This document shows positions 1-13,115 of a stretch of DNA of 64,000 nucleotides, one piece after another (within the stretch, counting starts at the first letter, position 1; each line of letters begins with the position of its first letter). Both the position numbers and the translations under genes were made by a program. A model generated the notes under the pieces. It saw only the letters and a program-made list of their open reading frames with translations. It ran no database searches and was not told the origin of the DNA. The DNA comes from Eledone cirrhosa (lineage: Eukaryota): assembly GCA_964016885.1 (NCBI GenBank), contig OZ024741.1, positions 271,684,001 through 271,748,000 on the forward strand, in the 5' to 3' direction.

Positions 1-3000
1 AAAGCCAATTTTGAATACGATTTTTTGATTCTGGGGGATTGTAAGATATATAGATGAATGAACCGAATGTGGAGAGTTGAGAAGAAATGGATATGTACGT
101 TACATTTCGTAGAAGAAAACTGAACAAGCGACCATCAATAATAGGAGACAAATTCTAGAACAACGGTGAGAAAGAACAGAATTATAGAAAGCCAATTTTG
201 AATACGATTTTTTGATTCTGGGGGATTGTAAGATATATAGATGAATGAACCGAATGTGGAGAGTTGAGAAGAAATGGATATGTACGTTACATTTCGTAGA
301 AGAAAACTGAACAAGCGACCATCAATAATAGGAGACAAATTCTAGAACAACGGTGAGAAAGAACAGAATTATAGAAAGCCAATTTTGAATACGATTTTTT
401 GATTCTGGGGGATTGTAAGATATATAGATGAATGAACCGAATGTGGAGAGTTGAGAAGAAATGGATATGTACGTTACATTTCGTAGAAGAAAACTGAACA
501 AGCGACCATCAATAATAGGAGACAAATTCTAGAACAACGGTGAGAAAGAACAGAATTATAGAAAGCCAATTTTGAATACGATTTTTTGATTCTGGGGGAT
601 TGTAAGATATATAGATGAATGAACCGAATGTGGAGAGTTGAGAAGAAATGGATATGTACGTTACATTTCGTAGAAGAAACAAGCGACCATCAATAATAGG
701 AGACAAATTCTAGAACAACGGTGAGAAAGAACAGAATTATAGAAAGCCAATTTTGAATACGATTTTTTGATTCTGGGGGATTGTAAGATATATAGATGAA
801 TGAACCGAATGTGGAGAGTTGAGAAGAAATGGATATATACGTTACATTTCGTAGAAGAAAACTGAACAAGCGACCATCAATAATAGGAGACAAATTCTAG
901 AACAACGGTGATATATAGATGAATGAACCGAATGTGGAGAGTTGAGAAGAAATGGATATGTACGTTACATTTCGTAGAAGAAAACTGAACAAGCTACCAT
1001 CAATAATAGGAGACAAATTCTAGAACAACGGTGATATATAGATGAATGAACCGAATGTGGAGAGTTGAGAAGAAATGGATATGTACGTTACATTTCGTAG
1101 AAGAAAACTGAACAAGCGACCATCAATAATAGGAGACAAATTCTAGAACAACGGTGATATATAGATGAATGAACCGAATGTGGAGAGTTGAGAAGAAATG
1201 GATATGTACGTTACATTTCGTAGAAGAAAACTGAACAAGCGACCATCAATAATAGGAGACAAATTCTAGAACAACGGTGAGAAAGAACAGAATTATAGAA
1301 AGCCAATTTTGAATACGATTTTTTGATTCTGGGGGATTGTAAGATATATAGATGAATGAACCGAATGTGGAGAGTTGAGAAGAAATGGATATGTACGTTA
1401 CATTTCGTAGAAGAAAACTGAACAAGCGACCATCAATAATAGGAGACAAATTCTAGAACAACGGTGAGAAAGAACAGAATTATAGAAAGCCAATTTTGAA
1501 TACGATTTTTTTATTCTGGGGGATTGTAAGATATATAGATGAATGAACCGAATGTGGAGAGTTGAGAAGAAATGGATATGTACGTTACATTTCGTAGAAG
1601 AAAACTGAACAAGCGACCATCAATAATAGGAGACAAATTCTAGAACAACGGTGAGAAAGAACAGAATTATAGAAAGCCAATTTTGAATACGATTTTTTGA
1701 TTCTGGGGGATTGTAAGATATATAGATGAATGAACCGAATGTGGAGAGTTGAGAAGAAATGGATATGTACGTTACATTTCGTAGAAGAAAACTGAACAAG
1801 CGACCATCAATAATAGGAGACAAATTCTAGAACAACGGTGAGAAAGAACAGAATTATAGAAAGCCAATTTTGAATACGATTTTTTGATTCTGGGGGATTG
1901 TAAGATATATAGATGAATGAACCGAATGTGGAGAGTTGAGAAGAAATGGATATGTACGTTACATTTCGTAGAAGAAAACTGAACAAGCGACCATCAATAA
2001 TAGGAGACAAATTCTAGAACAACGGTGAGAAAGAACAGAATTATAGAAAGCCAATTTTGAATACGATTTTTTGATTCTGGGGGATTGTAAGATATATAGA
2101 TGAATGAACCGAATGTGGAGAGTTGAGAAGAAATGGATATGTACGTTACATTTCGTAGAAGAAAACTGAACAAGCGACCATCAATAATAGGAGACAAATT
2201 CTAGAACAACGGTGAGAAAGAACAGAATTATAGAAAGCCAATTTTGAATACGATTTTTTGATTCTGGGGGATTGTAAGATATATAGATGAATGAACCGAA
2301 TGTGGAGAGTTGAGAAGAAATGGATATGTACGTTACATTTCGTAGAAGAAAACTGAACAAGCGACCATCAATAATAGGAGACAAATTCTAGAACAACGGT
2401 GAGAAAGAACAGAATTATAGAAAGCCAATTTTGAATACGATTTTTTGATTCTGGGGGATTGTAAGATATATAGATGAATGAACCGAATGTGGAGAGTTGA
2501 GAAGAAATGGATATGTACGTTACATTTCGTAGAAGAAACAAGCGACCATCAATAATAGGAGACAAATTCTAGAACAACGGTGAGAAAGAACAGAATTATA
2601 GAAAGCCAATTTTGAATACGATTTTTTGATTCTGGGGGATTGTAAGATATATAGATGAATGAACCGAATGTGGAGAGTTGAGAAGAAATGGATATGTACG
2701 TTACATTTCGTAGAAGAAAACTGAACAAGCGACCATCAATAATAGGAGACAAATTCTAGAACAACGGTGATATATAGATGAATGAACCGAATGTGGAGAG
2801 TTGAGAAGAAATGGATATGTACGTTACATTTCGTAGAAGAAAACTGAACAAGCGACCATCAATAATAGGAGACAAATTCTAGAACAACGGTGAGAAAGAA
2901 CAGAATTATAGAAAGCCAATTTTGAATACGATTTTTTGATTCTGGGGGATTGTAAGATATATAGATGAATGAACCGAATGTGGAGAGTTGAGAAGAAATG

Positions 3001-6000
3001 GATATGTACGTTACATTTCGTAGAAGAAAACTGAACAAGCGACCATCAATAATAGGAGACAAATTCTGGGTTTAGTCCCCTGTAGCATGGCTTATTTATA
3101 TTTGGTTGGCAAGGAGTGAGGAGGAGTGTGAGACCAGCGTATATGATAGAGGGAGTGAGGGGGTGAGAGGCGATTTCAGCAGGCCAAGAGAGAGAGAGGG
3201 CAATCCCTAATTTAACCTGGCATAATTTCTTTTTTCCGCCAAAATGGTTGCAGGAATATTATTTAGAATTGTAGAAAGACAAACAATTATGAACATGATT
3301 TTTTTTTTATCCTGGGGGATTGTAAGATATATAGATGCGAGGAGCAGAATTATTTTTAGAACAACGGTGAGAAAGAACAGAATTATAGAAAGCCAATTTT
3401 GAATACGACTTTTTGATTCTGGGGGATTGTAAGATATATAGATGAATGAACCGAATGTGGAGAGTTGAGAAGAAATGGATATGTACGTTACATTTCGTAG
3501 AAGAAAACTGAACAAGCGACCATCAATAATAGGAGACAAATTCTAGAATAACGGTGAGAAAGAACAGAATTATAGAAAGCCAATTTTGAATACGATTTTT
3601 TGATTCTGGGGGATTGTAAGATATATAGATGAATGAACCGAATGTGGAGAGTTGAGAAGAAATGGATATGTACGTTACATTTCGTAGAAGAAAACTGAAC
3701 AAGCGACCATCAATAATAGGAGACAAATTCTGGGTTTAGTCCCCTGTAGCATGGCTTATTTATATTTGGTTGGCAAGGAGTGAGGAGGAGTGTGAGACCA
3801 GCGTATATGATAGAGAGAGTGAGGGGGTGAGAGGCGATTTCAGCAGGCCAAGAGAGAGAGAGGGCAATCCCTAATTTAACCTGGCATAATTTCTTTTTTC
3901 GGCCAAAATGGTTGCAGGAATATTATTTAGAATTGTAGAAAGACAAACAATTATGAACATGATTTTTTTTTTATCCTGTGGGATTGTAAGATATATAGAT
4001 GCGAGGAGCAGAATTATTTTTAGAACAACGGTGAGAAAGAACAGAATTATAGAAAGCCAATTTTGAATACGATTTTTTGATTCTGGGGGATTGTAAGATA
4101 TATAGATGCGAGGAGCAGAATTATTTTTAGAACAACAGTGAGAAAGAACAGAATTATAGAAAGCCAATTTTGAATACGACTTTTTGATTCTGGGGGATTG
4201 TAAGATATATAGATGAATGAACCGAATGTGGAGAGTTGAGAAGAAATGGATATATACGTTACATTTCGTAGAAGAAAACTGAACAAGCGACCATCAATAA
4301 TAGGAGACAAATTCTAGAATAACGGTGAGAAAGAACAGAATTATAGAAAGCCAATTTTGAATACGATTTTTTGATTCTGGGGGATTGTAAGATATATAGC
4401 TGAATGAACCGAATGTGGAGAGTTGAGAAGAAATGGATATGTACGTTACATTTCGTAGAAGAAAACTGAACAAGCGACCATCAATAATAGGAGACAAATT
4501 CTAGAACAACGGTGATATATAGATGAATGAACCGAATGTGGAGAGTTGAGAAGAGATGGATATGTACGTTACATTTCGTAGAAGAAAACTGAACAAGCGA
4601 CCATCAATAATAGGAGACAAATTCTAGAATAACGGTGAGAAAGAACAGAATTATAGAAAGCCAATTTTGAATACGATTTTTTGATTCTGGGGGATTGTAA
4701 GATATATAGATGAATGAACCGAATGTGGAGAGTTGAGAAGAAATGGATATGTACGTTACATTTCGTAGAAGAAAACTGAACAAGCGACCATCAATAATAG
4801 GAGACAAATTCTAGAACAACGGTGAGAAAGAACAGAATTATAGAAAGCCAATTTTGAATACGATTTTTTGATTCTGGGGGATTGTAAGATATATAGATGA
4901 ATGAACCGAATGTGGAGAGTTGAGAAGAAATGGATATGTACGTTACATTTCGTAGAAGAAAACTGAACAAGCGACCATCAATAATAGGAGACAAATTCTA
5001 GAACAACGGTGAGAAAGAACAGAATTATAGAAAGCCAATTTTGAATACGATTTTTTGATTCTGGGGGATTGTAAGATATATAGATGAATGAACCGAATGT
5101 GGAGAGTTGAGAAGAAATGGATATGTACGTTACATTTCGTAGAAGAAAACTGAACAAGCGACCATCAATAATAGGAGACAAATTCTAGAACAACGGTGAG
5201 AAAGAACAGAATTATAGAAAGCCAATTTTGAATACGATTTTTTGATTCTGGGGGATTGTAAGATATATAGATGAATGAACCGAATGTGGAGAGTTGAGAA
5301 GAAATGGATATGTACGTTACATTTCGTAGAAGAAAACTGAACAAGCGACCATCAATAATAGGAGACAAATTCTAGAACAACGGTGAGAAAGAACAGAATT
5401 ATAGAAAGCCAATTTTGAATACGATTTTTTGATTCTGGGGGATTGTAAGATATATAGATGAATGAACCGAATGTGGAGAGTTGAGAAGAAATGGATATGT
5501 ACGTTACATTTCGTAGAAGAAACAAGCGACCATCAATAATAGGAGACAAATTCTAGAACAACGGTGAGAAAGAACAGAATTATAGAAAGCCAATTTTGAA
5601 TACGATTTTTTGATTCTGGGGGATTGTAAGATATATAGATGAATGAACCGAATGTGGAGAGTTGAGAAGAAATGGATATATACGTTACATTTCGTAGAAG
5701 AAAACTGAACAAGCGACCATCAATAATAGGAGACAAATTCTAGAACAACGGTGATATATAGATGAATGAACCGAATGTGGAGAGTTGAGAAGAAATGGAT
5801 ATGTACGTTACATTTCGTAGAAGAAAACTGAACAAGCTACCATCAATAATAGGAGACAAATTCTAGAACAACGGTGATATATAGATGAATGAACCGAATG
5901 TGGAGAGTTGAGAAGAAATGGATATGTACGTTACATTTCGTAGAAGAAAACTGAACAAGCGACCATCAATAATAGGAGACAAATTCTAGAACAACGGTGA

Positions 6001-9000
6001 TATATAGATGAATGAACCGAATGTGGAGAGTTGAGAAGAAATGGATATGTACGTTACATTTCGTAGAAGAAAACTGAACAAGCGACCATCAATAATAGGA
6101 GACAAATTCTAGAACAACGGTGAGAAAGAACAGAATTATAGAAAGCCAATTTTGAATACGATTTTTTGATTCTGGGGGATTGTAAGATATATAGATGAAT
6201 GAACCGAATGTGGAGAGTTGAGAAAAAATGGATATGTACGTTACATTTCGTAGAAGAAAACTGAACAAGCGACCATCAATAATAGGAGACAAATTCTAGA
6301 ACAACGGTGAGAAAGAACAGAATTATAGAAAGCCAATTTTGAATACGATTTTTTTATTCTGGGGGATTGTAAGATATATAGATGAATGAACCGAATGTGG
6401 AGAGTTGAGAAGAAATGGATATGTACGTTACATTTCGTAGAAGAAAACTGAACAAGCGACCATCAATAATAGGAGACAAATTCTAGAACAACGGTGAGAA
6501 AGAACAGAATTATAGAAAGCCAATTTTGAATACGATTTTTTGATTCTGGGGGATTGTAAGATATATAGATGAATGAACCGAATGTGGAGAGTTGAGAAGA
6601 AATGGATATGTACGTTACATTTCGTAGAAGAAAACTGAACAAGCGACCATCAATAATAGGAGACAAATTCTAGAACAACGGTGAGAAAGAACAGAATTAT
6701 AGAAAGCCAATTTTGAATACGATTTTTTGATTCTGGGGGATTGTAAGATATATAGATGAATGAACCGAATGTGGAGAGTTGAGAAGAAATGGATATGTAC
6801 GTTACATTTCGTAGAAGAAAACTGAACAAGCGACCATCAATAATAGGAGACAAATTCTAGAACAACGGTGAGAAAGAACAGAATTATAGAAAGCCAATTT
6901 TGAATACGATTTTTTGATTCTGGGGGATTGTAAGATATATAGATGAATGAACCGAATGTGGAGAGTTGAGAAGAAATGGATATGTACGTTACATTTCGTA
7001 GAAGAAAACTGAACAAGCGACCATCAATAATAGGAGACAAATTCTAGAACAACGGTGAGAAAGAACAGAATTATAGAAAGCCAATTTTGAATACGATTTT
7101 TTGATTCTGGGGGATTGTAAGATATATAGATGAATGAACCGAATGTGGAGAGTTGAGAAGAAATGGATATGTACGTTACATTTCGTAGAAGAAAACTGAA
7201 CAAGCGACCATCAATAATAGGAGACAAATTCTAGAACAACGGTGAGAAAGAACAGAATTATAGAAAGCCAATTTTGAATACGATTTTTTGATTCTGGGGG
7301 ATTGTAAGATATATAGATGAATGAACCGAATGTGGAGAGTTGAGAAGAAATGGATATGTACGTTACATTTCGTAGAAGAAACAAGCGACCATCAATAATA
7401 GGAGACAAATTCTAGAACAACGGTGAGAAAGAACAGAATTATAGAAAGCCAATTTTGAATACGATTTTTTGATTCTGGGGGATTGTAAGATATATAGATG
7501 AATGAACCGAATGTGGAGAGTTGAGAAGAAATGGATATGTACGTTACATTTCGTAGAAGAAAACTGAACAAGCGACCATCAATAATAGGAGACAAATTCT
7601 AGAACAACGGTGATATATAGATGAATGAACCGAATGTGGAGAGTTGAGAAGAAATGGATATGTACGTTACATTTCGTAGAAGAAAACTGAACAAGCGACC
7701 ATCAATAATAGGAGACAAATTCTAGAACAACGGTGAGAAAGAACAGAATTATAGAAAGCCAATTTTGAATACGATTTTTTGATTCTGGGGGATTGTAAGA
7801 TATATAGATGAATGAACCGAATGTGGAGAGTTGAGAAGAAATGGATATGTACGTTACATTTCGTAGAAGAAAACTGAACAAGCGACCATCAATAATAGGA
7901 GACAAATTCTGGGTTTAGTCCCCTGTAGCATGGCTTATTTATATTTGGTTGGCAAGGAGTGAGGAGGAGTGTGAGACCAGCGTATATGATAGAGGGAGTG
8001 AGGGGGTGAGAGGCGATTTCAGCAGGCCAAGAGAGAGAGAGGGCAATCCCTAATTTAACCTGGCATAATTTCTTTTTTCCGCCAAAATGGTTGCAGGAAT
8101 ATTATTTAGAATTGTAGAAAGACAAACAATTATGAACATGATTTTTTTTTTATCCTGGGGGATTGTAAGATATATAGATGCGAGGAGCAGAATTATTTTT
8201 AGAACAACGGTGAGAAAGAACAGAATTATAGAAAGCCAATTTTGAATACGACTTTTTGATTCTGGGGGATTGTAAGATATATAGATGAATGAACCGAATG
8301 TGGAGAGTTGAGAAGAAATGGATATGTACGTTACATTTCGTAGAAGAAAACTGAACAAGCGACCATCAATAATAGGAGACAAATTCTAGAATAACGGTGA
8401 GAAAGAACAGAATTATAGAAAGCCAATTTTGAATACGATTTTTTGATTCTGGGGGATTGTAAGATATATAGATGAATGAACCGAATGTGGAGAGTTGAGA
8501 AGAAATGGATATGTACGTTACATTTCGTAGAAGAAAACTGAACAAGCGACCATCAATAATAGGAGACAAATTCTAGAACAACGGTGATATATAGATGAAT
8601 GAACCGAATGTGGAGAGTTGAGAAGAGATGGATATGTACGTTACATTTCGTAGAAGAAAACTGAACAAGCGACCATCAATAATAGGAGACAAATTCTAGA
8701 ATAACGGTGAGAAAGAACAGAATTATAGAAAGCCAATTTTGAATACGATTTTTTGATTCTGGGGGATTGTAAGATATATAGATGAATGAACCGAATGTGG
8801 AGAGTTGAGAAGAAATGGATATGTACGTTACATTTCGTAGAAGAAAACTGAACAAGCGACCATCAATAATAGGAGACAAATTCTAGAATAACGGTGAGAA
8901 AGAACAGAATTATAGAAAGCCAATTTTGAATACGATTTTTTGATTCTGGGGGATTGTAAGATATATAGATGAATGAACCGAATGTGGAGAGTTGAGAAGA

Positions 9001-10150
9001 AATGGATATGTACGTTACATTTCGTAGAAGAAAACTGAACAAGCGACCATCAATAATAGGAGACAAATTCTAGAACAACGGTGATATATAGATGAATGAA
9101 CCGAATGTGGAGAGTTGAGAAGAGATGGATATGTACGTTACATTTCGTAGAAGAAAACTGAACAAGCGACCATCAATAATAGGAGACAAATTCTAGAACA
9201 ACGGTGATATATAGATGAATGAACCGAATGTGGAGAGTTGAGAAGAGATGGATATGTACGTTACATTTCGTAGAAGAAAACTGAACAAGCGACCATCAAT
9301 AATAGGAGACAAATTCTAGAATAACGGTGAGAAAGAACAGAATTATAGAAAGCCAATTTTGAATACGATTTTTTGATTCTGGGGGATTGTAAGATATATA
9401 GATGAATGAACCGAATGTGGAGAGTTGAGAAGAAATGGATATGTACGTTACATTTCGTAGAAGAAAACTGAACAAGCGACCATCAATAATAGGAGACAAA
9501 TTCTAGAACAACGGTGAGAAAGAACAGAATTATAGAAAGCCAATTTTGAATACGATTTTTTGATTCTGGGGGATTGTAAGATATATAGATGAATGAACCG
9601 AATGTGGAGAGTTGAGAAGAAATGGATATGTACGTTACATTTCGTAGAAGAAAACTGAACAAGCGACCATCAATAATAGGAGACAAATTCTGTGTTTAGT
9701 CCCCTGTAGCATGGCTTATTTATATTTGGTTGGCAAGGAGTGAGGAGGAGTGTGAGACCAGCGTATATGATAGAGAGAGTGAGGGGGTGAGAGGCGATTT
9801 CAGCAGGCCAAGAGAGAGAGAGGGCAATCCCTAATTTAACCTGGCATAATTTCCTTTTCGGCCAAAATGGTTGCAGGAATATTATTTAGAATTGTAGAAA
9901 CATGATTTTTTTTTTATTCTGGGGGATTGTAAGATATATAGATGCGAGGAGCAGAATTATTTTTAGAACAACGGTGAGAAAGAACAGAATTATAGAAAGC
10001 CAATTTTGAATACGATTTTTTGATTCTGGGGGATTGTAAGATATATAGATGAATGAACCGAATGTGGAGAATTGAGAAGAAATGGATATGTACGTTACAT
10101 TTCGTAGAAGAAAACTGAACAAGCGACCATCAATAATAGGAGACAAATTC
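1..10150. repeat. 187-bp satellite array with 181-bp and 123-bp deletion variants and four ~290-bp interrupting segments; runs off the left edge
   Basis: Monomer recurs every 187 bp (identical ORF calls at 135, 322, 1620, 1807, 1994). Interrupting segments start near 3069, 3730, 7910 and 9691. Confidence 0.98.
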
Positions 10151-10217
10151 TTTTGCGGATCAAAAGTTGTTGCGGAACAGATACACACACAGACATTTTC
10201 TTTTTTATAGATATAGA
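1..10217 (-). mobile_element. Non-autonomous Helitron-like element A; 5' end at 10217, body is the 187-bp satellite, 3' end outside the window
   Basis: Minus strand begins TCTATATCTATAAAAAAGAAAATGTCTGTGTG...TTCCGCAACAACTTTTGATCCGCAA, nearly identical to the 5' end of element B at 11488, then runs into the satellite. Confidence 0.65.
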
Positions 10218-11488
10218 CTAGCAGAGGTACCCGGCGTTGCTCGGGTACTAAATAGCAGTTATGTATACCAATTATGTCAATACTTCAGTGCTGCTTCGAA
10301 AACTATACTTTTACAAAATCATCGACTTTTTCCAAAAGGGGGTTCCTGCCCCCAGGGGTCCCCTACTCAATATGTGCCAATTCTGAGAGTTCACATTCAT
10401 CTGTGGAACAAACGTAGCCCATGTGTCAAGTTTTGTGAAAATCGGTTGCGAACTCCAGAAGTTATGACATTTTGTTGCATTGCACTGCAGTGCTTCAGTC
10501 GACTCCAAGGAAGTGGTTAAAGGGGGTTATCTGCCGGGAGGCCCTATAATCAATATCTGGAAAAATGACAGTGCCCATGACTATCCAGAGTACATAAGTA
10601 ACCTATGTCTTAAGTTTGGTGAAAATACTGTAGAAATGCATAAGGTTTACACACACACGTGCGAGCGTGTGTGTGTGTGTATGTGTATGTCCGTCGGCGC
10701 ATACATATGTACTGGCCTAAATCTTCACTATTTACTTTTGCTATGTTAAGGCGAAGTTAAAATCCCGTCGAGGTTAACTTTGCCTTTCATCCTTACGGGG
10801 TTGATAAAATGAAGTACCAGTAATGTACTGGGTAATTGCTGGCCTTGTGCCAAAAGTAGAAACAACTATTTTAATAACCTCTGCCATTTTCGTTTACAAT
10901 TTTATTTACATCATTCTTATACTCCGGGGCTGGAAATCATTCGGTTATTTTAAATAGAATATTAGTCTAACGACTCCATTTACACCATAAACTTGGTCTT
11001 GTCTTTGCATGAAATTGTTCTTCTCGGTCCACATAACGACGTCTTATCCTCGCTTAATAGATTTAACTCTTAGTGGAACGCTGCACAAACACACACGCGC
11101 ACGCACACACACATGCACGCATGTTAATTAGTTATAGCTTTCCTTCTCCTTTTCCACTGTCATGTATCAAACACAGCGTCTGTCGTGCTCTCTCTCCTGC
11201 TATGCCCCTCTTTTAGTCTGTCTGCTTCTTTCACTCTCACTCTTTCTTTTTCATTCTTATAGATATAGAGATTTTTTTCTGTGCAAAGTCGTACCTTTAG
11301 TCAGTTTTATCGATTTTTTACCTAGACAAAGGGGGAGTCGATCATTCGCAATGTTGTCCCGACCTGCCCTGATAAATTTGTGGTTGATTACAAAAACATT
11401 TTGAAAATCGGCCTTGCGGATCAAAAGTTGCTGCGGAACAGACACACACACACACACAGACAGACATTTTCATTTTTATAGATATAGA
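10218..11488 (-). mobile_element. Non-autonomous Helitron-like element B (~1.27 kb)
   Basis: Minus strand: 5' A|TC at 11488; 3' CTAG|T at 10218-10221; subterminal GC-rich hairpin GTACCCG-N8-CGGGTAC (10227-10248); no TSD seen. These are standard Helitron termini. Confidence 0.75.
10765..10870 (+). mobile_element. SINE body fragment within Helitron B
   Basis: Motif aactttgcctttcatcc..ggggttgataaaat..agtacc recurs at ~57620-57663 and in reverse at ~37350-37410. Confidence 0.45.
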
Positions 11489-11529
11489 TTTCCTAAGTTT
11501 TTTCTTGTACATTAACCCTTTCATTAGTA

Positions 11530-11830
11530 TATTTCTAATGAAATATACTCTATTTCAATTAGTTGAGGACAAATTTTGAGAGATTTACTAAAATTATCAA
11601 TTATTCCATTACTAAGATAGTAACTTTATGTAAGGTTCTAATATAAAATTATGTTAAATTTTAATTTAAATAGGAATGCTTTAACACTTTCAAGATCACT
11701 TTTCTAATGAAATACACTCTACTTCAATGAGTTAATGAAGAATTTTGAGAGATTTACTAAAATTATCAATTATTGCACTACTCAGATAGTAACTTAATGT
11801 TGGAAGATTTTAATTTAAATTGGAAACCTT
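11530..11830. repeat. Diverged ~170-bp tandem duplication
   Basis: ttctaatgaaata.actcta.ttcaat.agtt...gagagatttactaaaattatcaattatt starts near 11533 and again near 11702. Confidence 0.75.
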
Positions 11831-11904
11831 TAAAATGGATGGTTTTGTTTCATTGAACCAGAGCCAGTTTTGGCTGCATTGGTAAAAAAAAAGGGAGCGT
11901 TAAA

Positions 11905-12345
11905 GAGATAAAGAAGGTCCAAATGTTTGAAGTACATAGAGTCTCTGGACAAAGTGAACTAAATATGGGTTGAAGTTGTGAAGAATGACCTTAAGAAACT
12001 GGCCCAAAAGAATATACTCAGTGCTCCATGTAAAGTCGTTGATGAATAAAGAGAAACAACATAGAGAGGAACTTTGGGTTTTGTCAAGGGCTTGACAGCC
12101 TCTCTAGTGCTGATGCCTCAATATAATACACCCTGTTCACTCTGTAAAGTAGTAGTGCTAGTGCTGCAATAAAACACACCCAGTACACTCTGTAAAATGG
12201 TAGTGCTGGTGCCATGATAAAACACACCCAGTACACTCTGCAAAATAGTAGTACTAGTGCTGCAATAAAACACACCCATTACACTCTGTAAAGTGGTAGT
12301 GTTGGTGCCACAATAAAACACACCCAGTACACTCTGTAAAGTGGT
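11905..12345 (+). mobile_element. Old RTE 3' remnant followed by tandem ~48-bp repeats of an RTE/SINE motif
   Basis: ~11965-12000 translates WVEVVKNDLKKL (compare WAEVVRTDLRSL in the RTE at 56930). Four to five copies of aataaaacacacccagtacactctgtaaa follow. Confidence 0.5.
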
Positions 12346-12404
12346 TGTGCTGTTTGGTTGTGGTGGTATTTACCTCACCATCACCCTATGATGGCCACAA
12401 TCTC

Positions 12405-12780
12405 TCTACAGCATGGCTCCAGTATCACCCAGTATTGTCCCCAGCATGGTCACAGCATGGCTCCAGAAACGTGGCTCCCAGCCTGACATCAACAGCACCC
12501 AAGCATGACCCCAGCAACGTACCAACATGACCCCAGCATGGCCTCAGAATGAGCCCCAGCATGATTTCAGTATGGCTCCAGCATGACACCAGCATAACCC
12601 CAGAATGATCTCAGAATGACCCCCAGAATGACCCCAGCATGGCCTCAGCATAGCCCCAGCATTGCTTCAGAGTTGCTCAAGATGACCCCACCATTGCCCC
12701 CAGCATGGCCACAGCATGGCCTCAACATCACACCAGCATGGCCCCAGCATGGCCCCAGCATGGCCCCAGCATGGCCCCAA
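12405..12780. repeat. Degenerate 11-bp tandem repeat (ccccagcatgg)
   Basis: Direct reading, e.g. gccccagcatggccccagcatggccccagcatgg at 12741-12775. Confidence 0.85.
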
Positions 12781-13110
12781 TCCAGTAAATGAAACCAGTA
12801 AACAAACCTGCACCAACATAAACCAGCCAGAAGCTGCCATCTGCTCTGTTCCGTTATGTGACAAATCTTATCTAATTCTCAATATATTTGGGTTAACAAG
12901 TAAACAATGACTGTATCATAACTTAACCACCTCCCACTCAACGTGGGACAACACAGAAGGTTATCACTAATCACAAACAAACCAGCAGGGACATATCTAC
13001 GTGGTCGTTGACCAACTAGATATAACAGATAAATCTTGTTAACATAAAAGGCAGTTAATTCCTGATGGAGTCGTAGCAATATTGTCGATGTGCATGGCAT
13101 ATCTTGGGTG
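12781..13110 (+). promoter_or_regulatory. Candidate promoter/enhancer: short unique island with Forkhead and GATA motifs and a TATA-like box
   Basis: GTAAACAA at 12798 and 12900; GATA-type sites near 12867, 12961 and 13027; CATAAAAG at 13043. Motif match only. Confidence 0.25.
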
Positions 13111-13115
13111 TATTA

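Noticed and set aside
135-10188. Dozens of near-identical 65-110 aa ORFs resembling a tandem small-protein gene family
   Set aside because: They are translations of the satellite monomer, start at TTG rather than ATG, overlap each other, and are broken by deletion variants.
11512-11903. piggyBac-like MITE (TTAACCC...TTAA)
   Set aside because: The right end lacks a convincing matching inverted repeat.
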